A stretch of DNA of 64,000 nucleotides, taken from contig JAHQWK010000001.1 in NCBI GenBank assembly GCA_029856145.1, positions 416,001 through 480,000 on the forward strand, in the 5' to 3' direction. The stretch comes from Promethearchaeia archaeon. GTDB lineage: Archaea; Asgardarchaeota; Lokiarchaeia; Sigyniarchaeales; SOKP01. The position numbers and the translations under genes are program-made. How positions within the stretch are numbered: the first letter of the stretch is position 1; every line of letters starts with the position of its first letter. The notes under the pieces are model-generated. The model was given only the letters and a program-made list of their open reading frames with translations, was not told the DNA's origin and made no database searches. Shown here in pieces: positions 39,035 to 48,307 of this stretch.

Positions 39035-39700
39035 ATGGATTTACGAAAAGAATATAAAAAACTATACCAGCATTGGCTCAAAGAATTCCAGAATACCGAT
39101 TTAACTGCCATAAGTCAAGAAGATTTCAATGAATACAAAAAGAATTTGGATTTTATCAATGATTATCAGGAAGAAGAAAAGGATGAAGTTAAGGATCAGA
39201 TATTCAAGTCATACAAAGATAATTTAAATTATCTGTTTAAAGATTTTTTAAAGATCAGGGAAATTAAAATAATAAATTCAGCATTAACTCTTAAAGAAAT
39301 TAATTTAAATAATGTAATTGAAGCCGAGAAATTACTTTATGAAAATCTAGTAAGTTCTATTAAGGGTTATAAGAAAGTAAAAGCAATCTCGCTTTATGAA
39401 GAAGATGAAGTTCTACATGATAACTTAATTGAACCCGAAACAGAAATAAAGTCTGTTGTTGAGGAGGTTCCTATATCGAAAGAAGAAAAAACCTCTAAAA
39501 TTCTTGATTCCATAAAAAAGGGTGATCAAATAAAAATCAATTATACTCTTGTAAGATTTTTAAAGAAGACACCTCCTTTAGTAGGTGTTGATCTAATAAA
39601 TTATGGCCCTTTTGAAATAGAAGACATTGCAAATCTCCCCCAAAAAAACGCAAAAATCCTTATAATTGAAAAATTTGCTGAAAAAATAGAAATTAATTAA
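39035..39700 (+). CDS. gins15: GINS subunit Gins15/Gins51
   Basis: Helical A-domain with R..KI, linker, B-domain VRFL...P.LVGVDL..YGPF..EDIA.LP..NA..LI; follows priS. Confidence 0.88.
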   Translation: MDLRKEYKKLYQHWLKEFQNTDLTAISQEDFNEYKKNLDFINDYQEEEKDEVKDQIFKSYKDNLNYLFKDFLKIREIKIINSALTLKEINLNNVIEAEKLLYENLVSSIKGYKKVKAISLYEEDEVLHDNLIEPETEIKSVVEEVPISKEEKTSKILDSIKKGDQIKINYTLVRFLKKTPPLVGVDLINYGPFEIEDIANLPQKNAKILIIEKFAEKIEIN

Positions 39701-39702
39701 GA

Positions 39703-39888
39703 TTACTTATACTTATTATCAAATTCTTCTTTAAAATATATTAATCGATATTTTGCATATTTATCTATTAAAGAAAACTTTGGAGGTCTTGGGTTTATTA
39801 ACTGGCCTCCACAATAACGGCATTTTAATTCGGGATTTTGCAATCCATATCTATTGCACTCTTTGCATTTTTGAAGGTATTTAGTCAT
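39703..39888 (-). CDS. nop10: H/ACA RNP protein Nop10
   Basis: KC..C..Y.L, C..CGG, PPKFS..DKY.KYR; downstream of eif2a. Confidence 0.92.
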   Translation of the reverse strand: MTKYLQKCKECNRYGLQNPELKCRYCGGQLINPRPPKFSLIDKYAKYRLIYFKEEFDNKYK

Positions 39889-39905
39889 AATTACAACCCT
39901 GCAAA

Positions 39906-40727
39906 TTAATCTCGAATAAACTCAAATGTACCGTTATATTTCTCGGTATTTTTCTCAATGGTCTCTAAAGCATCGGATAAAATATTTTCAGCGTCTAAGT
40001 AATCCTTAGAAACAATTTCTAACCGATATAATGGAGCAGCAATATAATTAATATTAATATTTCTCGTTTGTTCTTGCTCTATTACTTTTAAAGCGTCTAA
40101 AAGGGATTCTTTAATTTGGTCTATTCCATTCTCTGAAGTGAATGAAAGTTTAACCTTACCAGATATGCTTACTGTTGAAATACTTACATTTTCATCAATG
40201 ATTTTCAACAAATTAGTCTTAATTTCATCTGTTATACCTTCTAAATCTGATAAAATTTCTTCACCATTTTCTTTTAAACCTTCAACAGCTTCTTGATGTG
40301 AATCAAATAAATCTAAGACTGGAAATCCAATTAATTCATAAGCTTCATCAAGCGTCATATTAATTCCTTCTGTTTCTGTGAGAAATTGTAGCAAATTTTC
40401 AAATTTTAAGGCATATTTCCATTGCTTTATTCGATTTTCTTTTTGAGCAGAGTTTACCCTTCGTAATGATAAATCTACATGTCCCTTATCCACATCTATT
40501 CTTAATGAGCGTAAAACTACTCTTTGACCAATTCGTACATAATTACGGATATTTTTAATCCATCGAGAACTTATTTCTGATATGTGAATCATCCCTCGTG
40601 CAGAAGATTCATAATCTAAGCCTTCATAATCAAGTAAATCAACATAGACATATTGCTTTTGTACCTCTGTCACTTTAGCAACCACAAATTCGCCTTCCCG
40701 TGGAAACTTTGTTCTACTTTTTACCAT
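39906..40727 (-). CDS. eif2a: Translation initiation factor 2 alpha
   Basis: P..GE.V...V S1 domain, IHISEIS..WIKNIR, KGHVDLSLRRV, AAP.YR. Confidence 0.96.
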   Translation of the reverse strand: MVKSRTKFPREGEFVVAKVTEVQKQYVYVDLLDYEGLDYESSARGMIHISEISSRWIKNIRNYVRIGQRVVLRSLRIDVDKGHVDLSLRRVNSAQKENRIKQWKYALKFENLLQFLTETEGINMTLDEAYELIGFPVLDLFDSHQEAVEGLKENGEEILSDLEGITDEIKTNLLKIIDENVSISTVSISGKVKLSFTSENGIDQIKESLLDALKVIEQEQTRNININYIAAPLYRLEIVSKDYLDAENILSDALETIEKNTEKYNGTFEFIRD

Positions 40728-40837
40728 TGTCTTGTATGAATATTGTTTATTATTTATTTTTTTAAAATTATTATTTATATTAATGATCTATAATTTTTTA
40801 TCTTTCACATAAAAAAGCAAATAAAAAGTGATTAAAA

Positions 40838-41281
40838 ATACCGAATTGGTTTATTCATAATAAATGGGCTGAAAAAGCTGGTATTCACAAAAATATAGCA
40901 GACTTAGTGAATAGAGCTTTAGATTATGGTTTCAATTGGGCTCTTTATGAACGAGATAATGTAGAATTTGAAAACAACGATGAGATCATTATTTCCCAGC
41001 AACTAAAGTATTTTTGTGAAAAAGATAAGGGGAAGAGAGGGTATATTAAAGCTCTTTATTTGCATCATCTCTTAGATTTTTTTAAAGAAACATATGTTAA
41101 CATTTATGACATTGATTTAGTTTTTGAGAAATTTTTACAAAATAAAGCTATAATTGAAATTACTGATTCTGAAGGTAATAGAATAAATTTCCAAAAGGAT
41201 TTAGAAGAAATATTCAAACTATTAAAAGATAATAAAAAAGAATTGTATGAGGATATAAAAGGAACATATATTGAAGATTAA
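40838..41281 (+). CDS. Hypothetical putative metal-binding protein (apparent ATA start; ORF track begins at 40907)
   Basis: (M)PNWFIHNKWAEKAGI...VNRALD...LHHLLD is in one frame; in-frame TGA at 40829; AGTGA SD 6 nt upstream of ATA. Confidence 0.65.
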   Translation: MPNWFIHNKWAEKAGIHKNIADLVNRALDYGFNWALYERDNVEFENNDEIIISQQLKYFCEKDKGKRGYIKALYLHHLLDFFKETYVNIYDIDLVFEKFLQNKAIIEITDSEGNRINFQKDLEEIFKLLKDNKKELYEDIKGTYIED

Positions 41282-41339
41282 ATAAATTTAATTAATAAAA
41301 AGTAATAGAAAAAATCGTTATTTATAAAAAAATTGTATT

Positions 41340-43205
41340 CTAAAGATATTGAAAGGTCCAATCTAACTCTAATTCTTCTAATTTTGATTTCGTTGGTATT
41401 CCCTCATCATTCCACCCCATCATTTTATAATAAGTAGTTATCGCATTTTTAAGTTCTTCTGGTTTAATTGATGTTTCTGCGAGGGCTCCTGATGTATGAG
41501 GTTGGAAAAATCTTTCAGGTAACCAATCATCTTTTTTTGTAAGTCCTTCTCTTATATTAAAAACTCGTGCCATAGTTGTAATTCTCTCTCCTACTTTCAT
41601 TAATTCCCAAGTTGAAGAATACCAACCAGTTACAGCTCTTACAATTTCAGGTATATCAATATAATCCCAAGGTAAGAAATAACATATTAATAAAGCATTA
41701 AATAAATTACGCCAATTACTATAATATACTAACGCGCGAACTTTCTTTGCCCCTATATCATCAAGCTCAAGCGGCTCTAAAATCCCTATAGCACTATGAA
41801 CAGCTATTGATCTTTCACTTGTAATTGAAGTATCATGTAAATTTGCCATATGTTCAGCACCTGTAGGTGAAATTGTATAGCCCACTCCTAGTCCCTGTTT
41901 TAACCGAGGTTCATGCATTGGAATCTCTTGCCCTTTAACGTGCATAGCGAACTTATCTGCTCCATTTTTTATTTCTTCAGCAGCCCTTTTAACACCTTCC
42001 GCTAAAATATCACCTAATCCTTCACGTTTACAAATCATTTCAACCATCTTAACCATCGCTTCAGCATTTCCAAAATTTAATTTTATTCCATTTGTATCTT
42101 TATCAGATAAGATTCCATTTTCATAACATTCCATTGCAAATCCAATAGAAACTCCCGTAGAAATAGTATCTATTGAATATTTGTTACAAAGTTCATTAGC
42201 TTTGCACACCGCTTTTATATCATCCACATCACAATTGGATCCAAATGCAGCAATCGATTCATATTCAGGACCTCCATAAATTGGATCAACATTCCACGGC
42301 TCTCCAATTTCGACAATTTTCTTACACCGAATTGAACATGCATAACAAGCTTCCATTTTAAGACTAATTTCTTGTTTCATAATACCAGGATCTAAAGCGT
42401 TTGCACCTAAAAAATTACCATCCCTAAAATTTCGTGTTGGAAGATTTCCAGATGTAGCAAATTGCTCCATTATTCCCCCTCCTGTACCATACTCAAAATA
42501 ACCCTTCATAGGTTTATATGCAACTTCATTAAACTCTTTTATTTTCGCTCTCAATTTTTCTTTGTCAATAACTTCGAGTTTTTTATGTCCTCTAACAGCA
42601 ATAGCTTTTAAATTCTTAGAACCCATTACAGCGCCCATCCCTGTACGACCAGCAGCATTTCTTAGATCATTTATAACACAAGCATAACGTACCATTTGTT
42701 CTCCTCCAGGGCCAATTTGAGCTACGCGAATTAACTTATCATCCAACTCTTTTTGAATAATTTCTTGTGCTTCTCCAGTAACTTTTCCCCAAAGATGACT
42801 TGCATCCCTTAATTCCGCCTCTCCATCATTTATCCATATATACACAGGATTTTTTGCTTTCCCCTCTACTATTATCGCATCAAATCCCGCATGTTTTAAT
42901 TCAGCACCCCAATGACCCCCAACCTCAGCCTCACCAAAACCACCTGTTAAAGGGGATTTGGCACCAACACTGTTTCTGCCTGTTCCAGGTATCGCAAACC
43001 CAGTTAAAGGACCAGTAGCAAAAATTAATTTATTTTCAGGACTTAAAGGGTCAATTCCTGCTTTTAATTCCTTTAATAAATAATACGCTACGAATCCTTC
43101 ACCACCAATATATCGCCGGTAGAATATATCATCGGGGTTTTCGGTTGAGACTTTTTCTTCTGTTAAATCTACCCTAAGAATATTTCCAGTATATCCATTT
43201 ACCAT
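41340..43205 (-). CDS. aor: Tungsten aldehyde:ferredoxin oxidoreductase family protein
   Basis: GY.G.ILRVDL, KSPLTG, GR.GMGAVMGSKNLKAI, C..C.I.C, GPEYE, DTISTG, EPR. Confidence 0.95.
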   Translation of the reverse strand: MVNGYTGNILRVDLTEEKVSTENPDDIFYRRYIGGEGFVAYYLLKELKAGIDPLSPENKLIFATGPLTGFAIPGTGRNSVGAKSPLTGGFGEAEVGGHWGAELKHAGFDAIIVEGKAKNPVYIWINDGEAELRDASHLWGKVTGEAQEIIQKELDDKLIRVAQIGPGGEQMVRYACVINDLRNAAGRTGMGAVMGSKNLKAIAVRGHKKLEVIDKEKLRAKIKEFNEVAYKPMKGYFEYGTGGGIMEQFATSGNLPTRNFRDGNFLGANALDPGIMKQEISLKMEACYACSIRCKKIVEIGEPWNVDPIYGGPEYESIAAFGSNCDVDDIKAVCKANELCNKYSIDTISTGVSIGFAMECYENGILSDKDTNGIKLNFGNAEAMVKMVEMICKREGLGDILAEGVKRAAEEIKNGADKFAMHVKGQEIPMHEPRLKQGLGVGYTISPTGAEHMANLHDTSITSERSIAVHSAIGILEPLELDDIGAKKVRALVYYSNWRNLFNALLICYFLPWDYIDIPEIVRAVTGWYSSTWELMKVGERITTMARVFNIREGLTKKDDWLPERFFQPHTSGALAETSIKPEELKNAITTYYKMMGWNDEGIPTKSKLEELELDWTFQYL

Positions 43206-43442
43206 ATAAAACCCTTACATTTGGAATATTTTTTAATAATATTTAGTTAAATTTCATCTCATTTATATTTCTTATTTAAATCAAATCTCTGTTTTCTAAT
43301 TATTGTTTAAAATAATCTTCAATAATGAATTTTGCCAATATATAGTTTGAAATTCTGAACTTTACCCGAAGTCCAAATTTATATCGAACTAATGCAAATT
43401 CATATTTTTATTGATTTTTTTTTTTAGATTGGTAATCTGAGG

Positions 43443-43526
43443 ATCGATATTTACATTAAAATACTTATTAATACTCGATAACTTCGCTGAAATATAGTAA
43501 AAAATATAAATTCATCGACATTTACA
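43443..43526. promoter_or_regulatory. 13-bp direct repeat in the aor/tuf divergent intergenic region
   Basis: ATCGATATTTACA (43443-55) and ATCGACATTTACA (43514-26), 12/13 identical, 71 bp apart. Confidence 0.35.
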
Positions 43527-43611
43527 ATTAACATCTAATAAAAATAATTTTCTATTAAAATTATATAATAATAAACATTACATAATGAAAATAAATGGAA
43601 ATTGATGAATT

Positions 43612-44907
43612 ATGCCAAGTGATAAGGAGCATTTAAATTTAGTCATAATAGGACACATTGACCACGGTAAGAGTACTATGATGGGAGCTCTTCTCATAGA
43701 AACTGGTGCAGTATCCGATAGGGAAGCTCGTGAATTAGATAAATTAGCTAAGGAATACGATCGAGACTCATGGTCATACGCATTTGTCTTTGACAGGTTA
43801 AAAGAAGAACGACAAAGAGGAATTACAATTGACCTAGCATTTCGAAAATTTGAAACCAAAACTAAATATTTCACAATCATCGACGCACCAGGCCACGCAG
43901 ATTTTGTAAAAAATATGATCACAGGTGCCTCCCAAGCTGATGCTGCCATCCTAGTCGTTTCTGGTAAGAAAGGAGAAATGGAGGTTGGAATTGCAGCTAA
44001 TGGACAGACTCGTGAACACGCTTATTTAGCACAAACTTTAGGTGTAAAACAACTTGTTGTTGCTATCAACAAAGCTGATATTTACAATTATGCTGAGGAC
44101 CGATTTAATGAATGCAAGGATTCCGTTGGTGATCTTCTTAATAGTATTGGTTTCAAGGATGTAAATTACATTCCAACTAGCGGAATGGCCATGGATAATT
44201 TATCAAAGAAGAGTGATAAATTGTCTTGGTATGATGGTCCAACTCTGATTGAAGCAATTGATCAATTTGTCCTTCCTGAAAAGCCAACTGGTAAACCTTT
44301 AAGGCTTCCTATTCAAGATTGCTATTCAATTAAAGGGACAGGGGTTGTCCCCGTTGGTAGAGTAGAGACCGGAATTTTAAAGAAAGGAGATAAAATAATT
44401 ATTATGCCAACTGGATTTAAAGGGGAAATCCGAAGTATAGAAATGCATCATGAAGAGATTCCACAAGCCATACCTGGAGACAATATTGGATTTAGTATTC
44501 GAGGAATAACAATGGAAGATGCAAGTCGGGGCGATTGTTTAGGACATCCTAAAGATCCACCAACGGTAATCACACCGAAGGGAAAATGGACAGGACAGAT
44601 TATAGTAATCTGGCACCCTACTGCAGTTGCGCAAGGTTACACCCCAGTAATCCATGCACATACAGCACAAGTAGCTGCAAAATTCACCAGCTTAGTTAAA
44701 AAATTAGATCAGAAAACTAGTGCTGTAATTGAAGATAAACCTAAGTTTCTTAAGAAAAATGAAGCTGCTATTGTGGAGTTATCCCCGATTCAGAAAATGT
44801 GTCTCGAGAAATATGAATTATTTCCCGAAATGGGTCGATTTGCTGTACGCGATATGGGCCGGACCGTAGCGGTGGGTATAGTAAAAGAAATTGACACCGG
44901 TGCATAA
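43612..44907 (+). CDS. tuf: Elongation factor 1-alpha
   Basis: GHIDHGKST, RGITID, DAPGH.DF.KNMITGASQAD, NKAD, GRFAVRDMG.TVA.G. Confidence 0.98.
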   Translation: MPSDKEHLNLVIIGHIDHGKSTMMGALLIETGAVSDREARELDKLAKEYDRDSWSYAFVFDRLKEERQRGITIDLAFRKFETKTKYFTIIDAPGHADFVKNMITGASQADAAILVVSGKKGEMEVGIAANGQTREHAYLAQTLGVKQLVVAINKADIYNYAEDRFNECKDSVGDLLNSIGFKDVNYIPTSGMAMDNLSKKSDKLSWYDGPTLIEAIDQFVLPEKPTGKPLRLPIQDCYSIKGTGVVPVGRVETGILKKGDKIIIMPTGFKGEIRSIEMHHEEIPQAIPGDNIGFSIRGITMEDASRGDCLGHPKDPPTVITPKGKWTGQIIVIWHPTAVAQGYTPVIHAHTAQVAAKFTSLVKKLDQKTSAVIEDKPKFLKKNEAAIVELSPIQKMCLEKYELFPEMGRFAVRDMGRTVAVGIVKEIDTGA

Positions 44908-45201
44908 AAAGTCTACAATTGATTTTTTTTATTCTATTTTAACTTACTATTTGTTTTTTTTAAAATTCTATATTTAACTAGATTCATTTTTCATTAAATT
45001 CTCAAATTATTTACAAATAAAAAAGATATATAGGAGAAAAATTTCAACCAAAAAACATCATTCATGTTAAATTAGATAGTGTTGATACAATAGAATTTTT
45101 CTTTTAAAATTTTCATGTCATGTCAATATCATTTTAATTTTTGAACAATTTTCTGCCTTTTCTAATTAACGTAATTTTGCATTAGAAAGGGTTGACATAA
45201 A

Positions 45202-45675
45202 GTTTATACAACAAAACAAAAAATTTGCCTTGTAGGGCATAGCGGGGTTGGTAAATCATCACTATTATCTTTGCTTCAAGGACGTAATGTATCAAAAGAA
45301 GCAAATCCAACTGTAGGATTAGAAATTGAGGATTCAAACCTTAATGGGAAAAAGATTAACATATGGGATTTTGGAGGTCAAGCACGGTTTAGATTCATGT
45401 GGCAAGACTTTTTAAGAGGAGCAGGCTTAACTGTTTTAGTTTGTGATTCTACAGAAGATAATATTAAAAAAACTAAAGATATCTTTAAGAAGTTCTCACG
45501 ATATATGGATACTAAAATTATTGCTATAGCAAATAAACAAGATCTTCCAGGTGCATTAAAAGCAAAGAAAGTTCAGAAAAAATTAGGTATTCCAACATAT
45601 GGAATGTCTGCTATCAGATTGGACTTACGAGATAGAATACGTGAAATTTTGGAATATGAGATTGAAAAAGATTAG
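45202..45675 (+). CDS. Arf/Sar-like small GTPase; P-loop lies upstream of the predicted TTG, true start non-canonical or frameshifted
   Basis: In frame upstream of 45271: ..YTTKQKICLVGHSGVGKSSLL. Then PTVG, WDFGGQ.RFR.MW, ANKQDLPGA, SA. In-frame TGA at 45193-45195. Confidence 0.8.
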   Translation, partial: VYTTKQKICLVGHSGVGKSSLLSLLQGRNVSKEANPTVGLEIEDSNLNGKKINIWDFGGQARFRFMWQDFLRGAGLTVLVCDSTEDNIKKTKDIFKKFSRYMDTKIIAIANKQDLPGALKAKKVQKKLGIPTYGMSAIRLDLRDRIREILEYEIEKD

Positions 45676-45691
45676 ATAAAATTTTAAATTC

Positions 45692-46252
45692 TCAAAAAAT
45701 TTTTCCAATTAAGTGTGCTATTCTCACTGATTCTGGTAATTTGGAATCTATACATATTTTTTCTAAAAGAGACTCGACTTCTTTAACGTTAATACCCTTG
45801 CAATGGAAGTATATTTTTGAGAAACCTCCTGCGGTATTAATTTCTGTTTCATATAAATTACCTGCATCAATAATACATCTCATCTTATTTCTATATGTAT
45901 TGGGAAATTTTTGTAAAAGAGCTTTCCTTACAGAATCAAAATCTACTTCTCGTTCTGTTATAGCGATAATCGGTTTTCCTGTTTTAGTATAAACTTCATT
46001 TAAATTAACAAGATTGAACCCACCAAAAGTGATTGTATGGGTTAAAACATATTGTGCCTGTTTTTCATTTTTCTTTATCAATTTTATTAATTTTTCAGTC
46101 GCATCGTCACCATCTATCATGATTTCATCTTTTATAACACCTACCAACCTTGTTCCTTGGCAAATAACTCCAATTAATTGAGTTGTTTTAACACTTGTTT
46201 TTAACTTAAAAGATGCATCGTCAAATCCAATTGTTATAGGATTATCTTTCAT
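45692..46252 (-). CDS. DUF99 family (endonuclease V-like/endonuclease dU) protein
   Basis: IGFDDASF, DGDDAT, ITFGGFN, KLPESVRIAHLI. Confidence 0.88.
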   Translation of the reverse strand: MKDNPITIGFDDASFKLKTSVKTTQLIGVICQGTRLVGVIKDEIMIDGDDATEKLIKLIKKNEKQAQYVLTHTITFGGFNLVNLNEVYTKTGKPIIAITEREVDFDSVRKALLQKFPNTYRNKMRCIIDAGNLYETEINTAGGFSKIYFHCKGINVKEVESLLEKICIDSKLPESVRIAHLIGKIF

Positions 46253-46256
46253 TTTT

Positions 46257-46709
46257 CTATTTTTCAGGTAGAAATTTTTTAATATAATTTAAAAGATTAG
46301 TAAAGGCGATGGTAGCTTTTTCAATTTCTTTAGTTCGATTATAAAGATCCCCTGAAAGATTATCTGCTAAAAAATCAATAATATCTTTTAAAGACATTTT
46401 ATTATTAAGCCACACGTAAGCTACTATTGATTCAACAGTATCAGCAAGATCATGAGCATTAGCCCTAGTTTTTGCAAAACTTTTCATATTTGCATTTTTT
46501 AGGGCAGTTTCTAAAATTGTTTTACTTACTTTTTTTCCTGTTCTAATATTATTATCATTTGGATTGTTTTTTGTTAGAAAAATAGATTTTGCTACCGAAT
46601 AAGTCAAGTTAACTATTCCATCTCCAATTTTAGCCAATCCTTTATCGGTACCGATGGCCCTTTGCGATTTATTAAGATTTAAATCTGAAATTAAAAACTC
46701 ATAATCCAT
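46257..46709 (-). CDS. Archaeal RNase III-like family protein (single domain)
   Basis: DKGLAKIGD..VN..YS.A.S, ADTVES..AY.W; downstream of rpo11. Confidence 0.75.
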   Translation of the reverse strand: MDYEFLISDLNLNKSQRAIGTDKGLAKIGDGIVNLTYSVAKSIFLTKNNPNDNNIRTGKKVSKTILETALKNANMKSFAKTRANAHDLADTVESIVAYVWLNNKMSLKDIIDFLADNLSGDLYNRTKEIEKATIAFTNLLNYIKKFLPEK

Positions 46710-46766
46710 TAAGATAGGTTGAATTAAGGCATCTTATAAAGTTTTCATAAAAAAGAGAATAATATT

Positions 46767-47252
46767 TTATGTAAGTTTTTTAAATAACTTTTGAACTAGA
46801 AGAACTTCTTCTCTTAATGACTCAATTCCTTTATGTAAAATATCTTTAATTTTATATTTTTTAGAATTTTCAAGACGTATGAAAATTTGAGCTGGACTTA
46901 TATTAGTTACTTTATATGCGGCAATGTTAACTCCTTCAATTTCTAATAAGTGCTTCACAAGAATATTACAAAATCCATGAGATTGTCCTTCAACTATTAA
47001 TTCATAATCATTTTCGCCTACCCCTAAATTTAGCTTCAAATTAAGAAATTTATAATCTAGAAATCTAGGTTCTTCCTCTAATTCAAATTCTTCGTCTTCA
47101 ATTTCTTCTTCATCTGAGGAAGGAATTGATCCTACTTCCTCTTTCCCTTCCACCTTGGGGTAAACACTTTCAATTTCTTCATCATCTAATAATTCATCCA
47201 CAATTTCATCTTCATCTTTAACTTCTGTTTTGACTGCTTTTTTTTTTGCCAT
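46767..47252 (-). CDS. rpo11: RNA polymerase subunit Rpo11 (L) with acidic N-terminal extension
   Basis: EGQSHGFCNIL...LL....V..AAY motif; context after csl4; ATG 47252 with GGGAG upstream. Confidence 0.85.
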   Translation of the reverse strand: MAKKKAVKTEVKDEDEIVDELLDDEEIESVYPKVEGKEEVGSIPSSDEEEIEDEEFELEEEPRFLDYKFLNLKLNLGVGENDYELIVEGQSHGFCNILVKHLLEIEGVNIAAYKVTNISPAQIFIRLENSKKYKIKDILHKGIESLREEVLLVQKLFKKLT

Positions 47253-47338
47253 TATTATGACTCCCAATGATTAGGATTTGATAACCTTAATAAATAGTAT
47301 TTAAATTAAAATAAATTTTTTATGGTTTTATATAAATC

Positions 47339-47557
47339 TCACAAATAACGATTTGCTAAATCTTTTAATCTTCCAGTTGCTAAGTGTTGAAGATCTCTTG
47401 AACCAAAAAGTGTGATTTTTATGCTTTTACCAACAACAGAAACATCTAGATTCAGATAATTCACTTTTTTCTGAACATTTTCAAGAAATTTGATAACATT
47501 ATCCAATGAGCCACTATTATTATAGAAGTGAATTACCTTTTTCCCTAACTTTCTCAC
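47339..47557 (-). CDS. Small protein between csl4 and rpo11 (DUF2067-like N-terminal region)
   Basis: 72-aa ORF with GTG start; FLE...K, i.I.lfG pattern; position matches the usual archaeal csl4-X-rpoL order. Confidence 0.55.
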   Translation of the reverse strand: MRKLGKKVIHFYNNSGSLDNVIKFLENVQKKVNYLNLDVSVVGKSIKITLFGSRDLQHLATGRLKDLANRYL

Positions 47558-47593
47558 TTAATAAACACTCACATTTTTTAAATAAAAAGAAAA

Positions 47594-48193
47594 TTAAAAT
47601 CTTAAATTATTAGTTACATTTCCATAATCACTGGTGAGTTTTCTGCTCTCCACATTACCGCATCGATCACATTTTAGTTTGTTGTACCCTATTTTTTTAA
47701 GTGGATCCCCACAGATTACACAATCCGCATAAATAACACCTAGATCCTTACCAGTGGTGCTTAATTTATATTCAGTATAATTTTGCTCTACTACACGAGC
47801 GCGTACTATATCCGTTATTTGAAAAGCATCACTGATTCTTTCTACATACCTATCTGAGATCTGTGAGACATGTATATTGCCAAAATAACTTGAATTGAAA
47901 TGTATTTTTTTATTTATGGTACAAAAATTAATTCCAACTGAATATTGCCGTAAAAAAAGAATTGAACCAATAACAATATCTCCAATTTTTACAACTTTTC
48001 GATCTTTTTCTTGATGTGTACTTATTTCAATTTTCCTTTCTTTGTTATTAATATTAATCATACCTGTTTTAATGGCAAAGATTTTTCCATCTTTAGTAAA
48101 TGTAGATTGTTTATCGGGGAGGAATTCCTCAACCACTCCAAGTTTTTCCCCCGTTATAACGATATCCCCATCCTTTAGAGATTTCTTACTCAA
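47594..48193 (-). CDS. csl4: Exosome RNA-binding subunit Csl4
   Basis: GE.LG..EEF, IHVSQ.S..YV....DAF...DIVRA.V, LGV..A.C..CG, C..CG..E.RK. Start at TTG 48193 or 48205. Confidence 0.93.
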   Translation of the reverse strand: MSKKSLKDGDIVITGEKLGVVEEFLPDKQSTFTKDGKIFAIKTGMININNKERKIEISTHQEKDRKVVKIGDIVIGSILFLRQYSVGINFCTINKKIHFNSSYFGNIHVSQISDRYVERISDAFQITDIVRARVVEQNYTEYKLSTTGKDLGVIYADCVICGDPLKKIGYNKLKCDRCGNVESRKLTSDYGNVTNNLRF

Positions 48194-48307
48194 TAATATC
48201 AACAATAGTTTTTTAATTTCTCAAACTCTTTCTAATTTAAGTAAATATTATTAAATAAAATAAATAAATTTGATGTCTTAATTTTAAAAGAGTTAACATT
48301 TTTTCAG

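Noticed and set aside
43578-43949. Antisense ORFs within tuf (and similar ones in rpo1N, rps12, pcn, rfcS, uvrA, infB and others)
   Set aside because: Typical antisense shadows of conserved genes; no independent evidence.
45193-45195. In-frame TGA upstream of the Arf-like GTPase as a second Sec codon
   Set aside because: No start codon between it and the next upstream in-frame stop (45172), no Cys-equivalent position, and no SECIS seen downstream.
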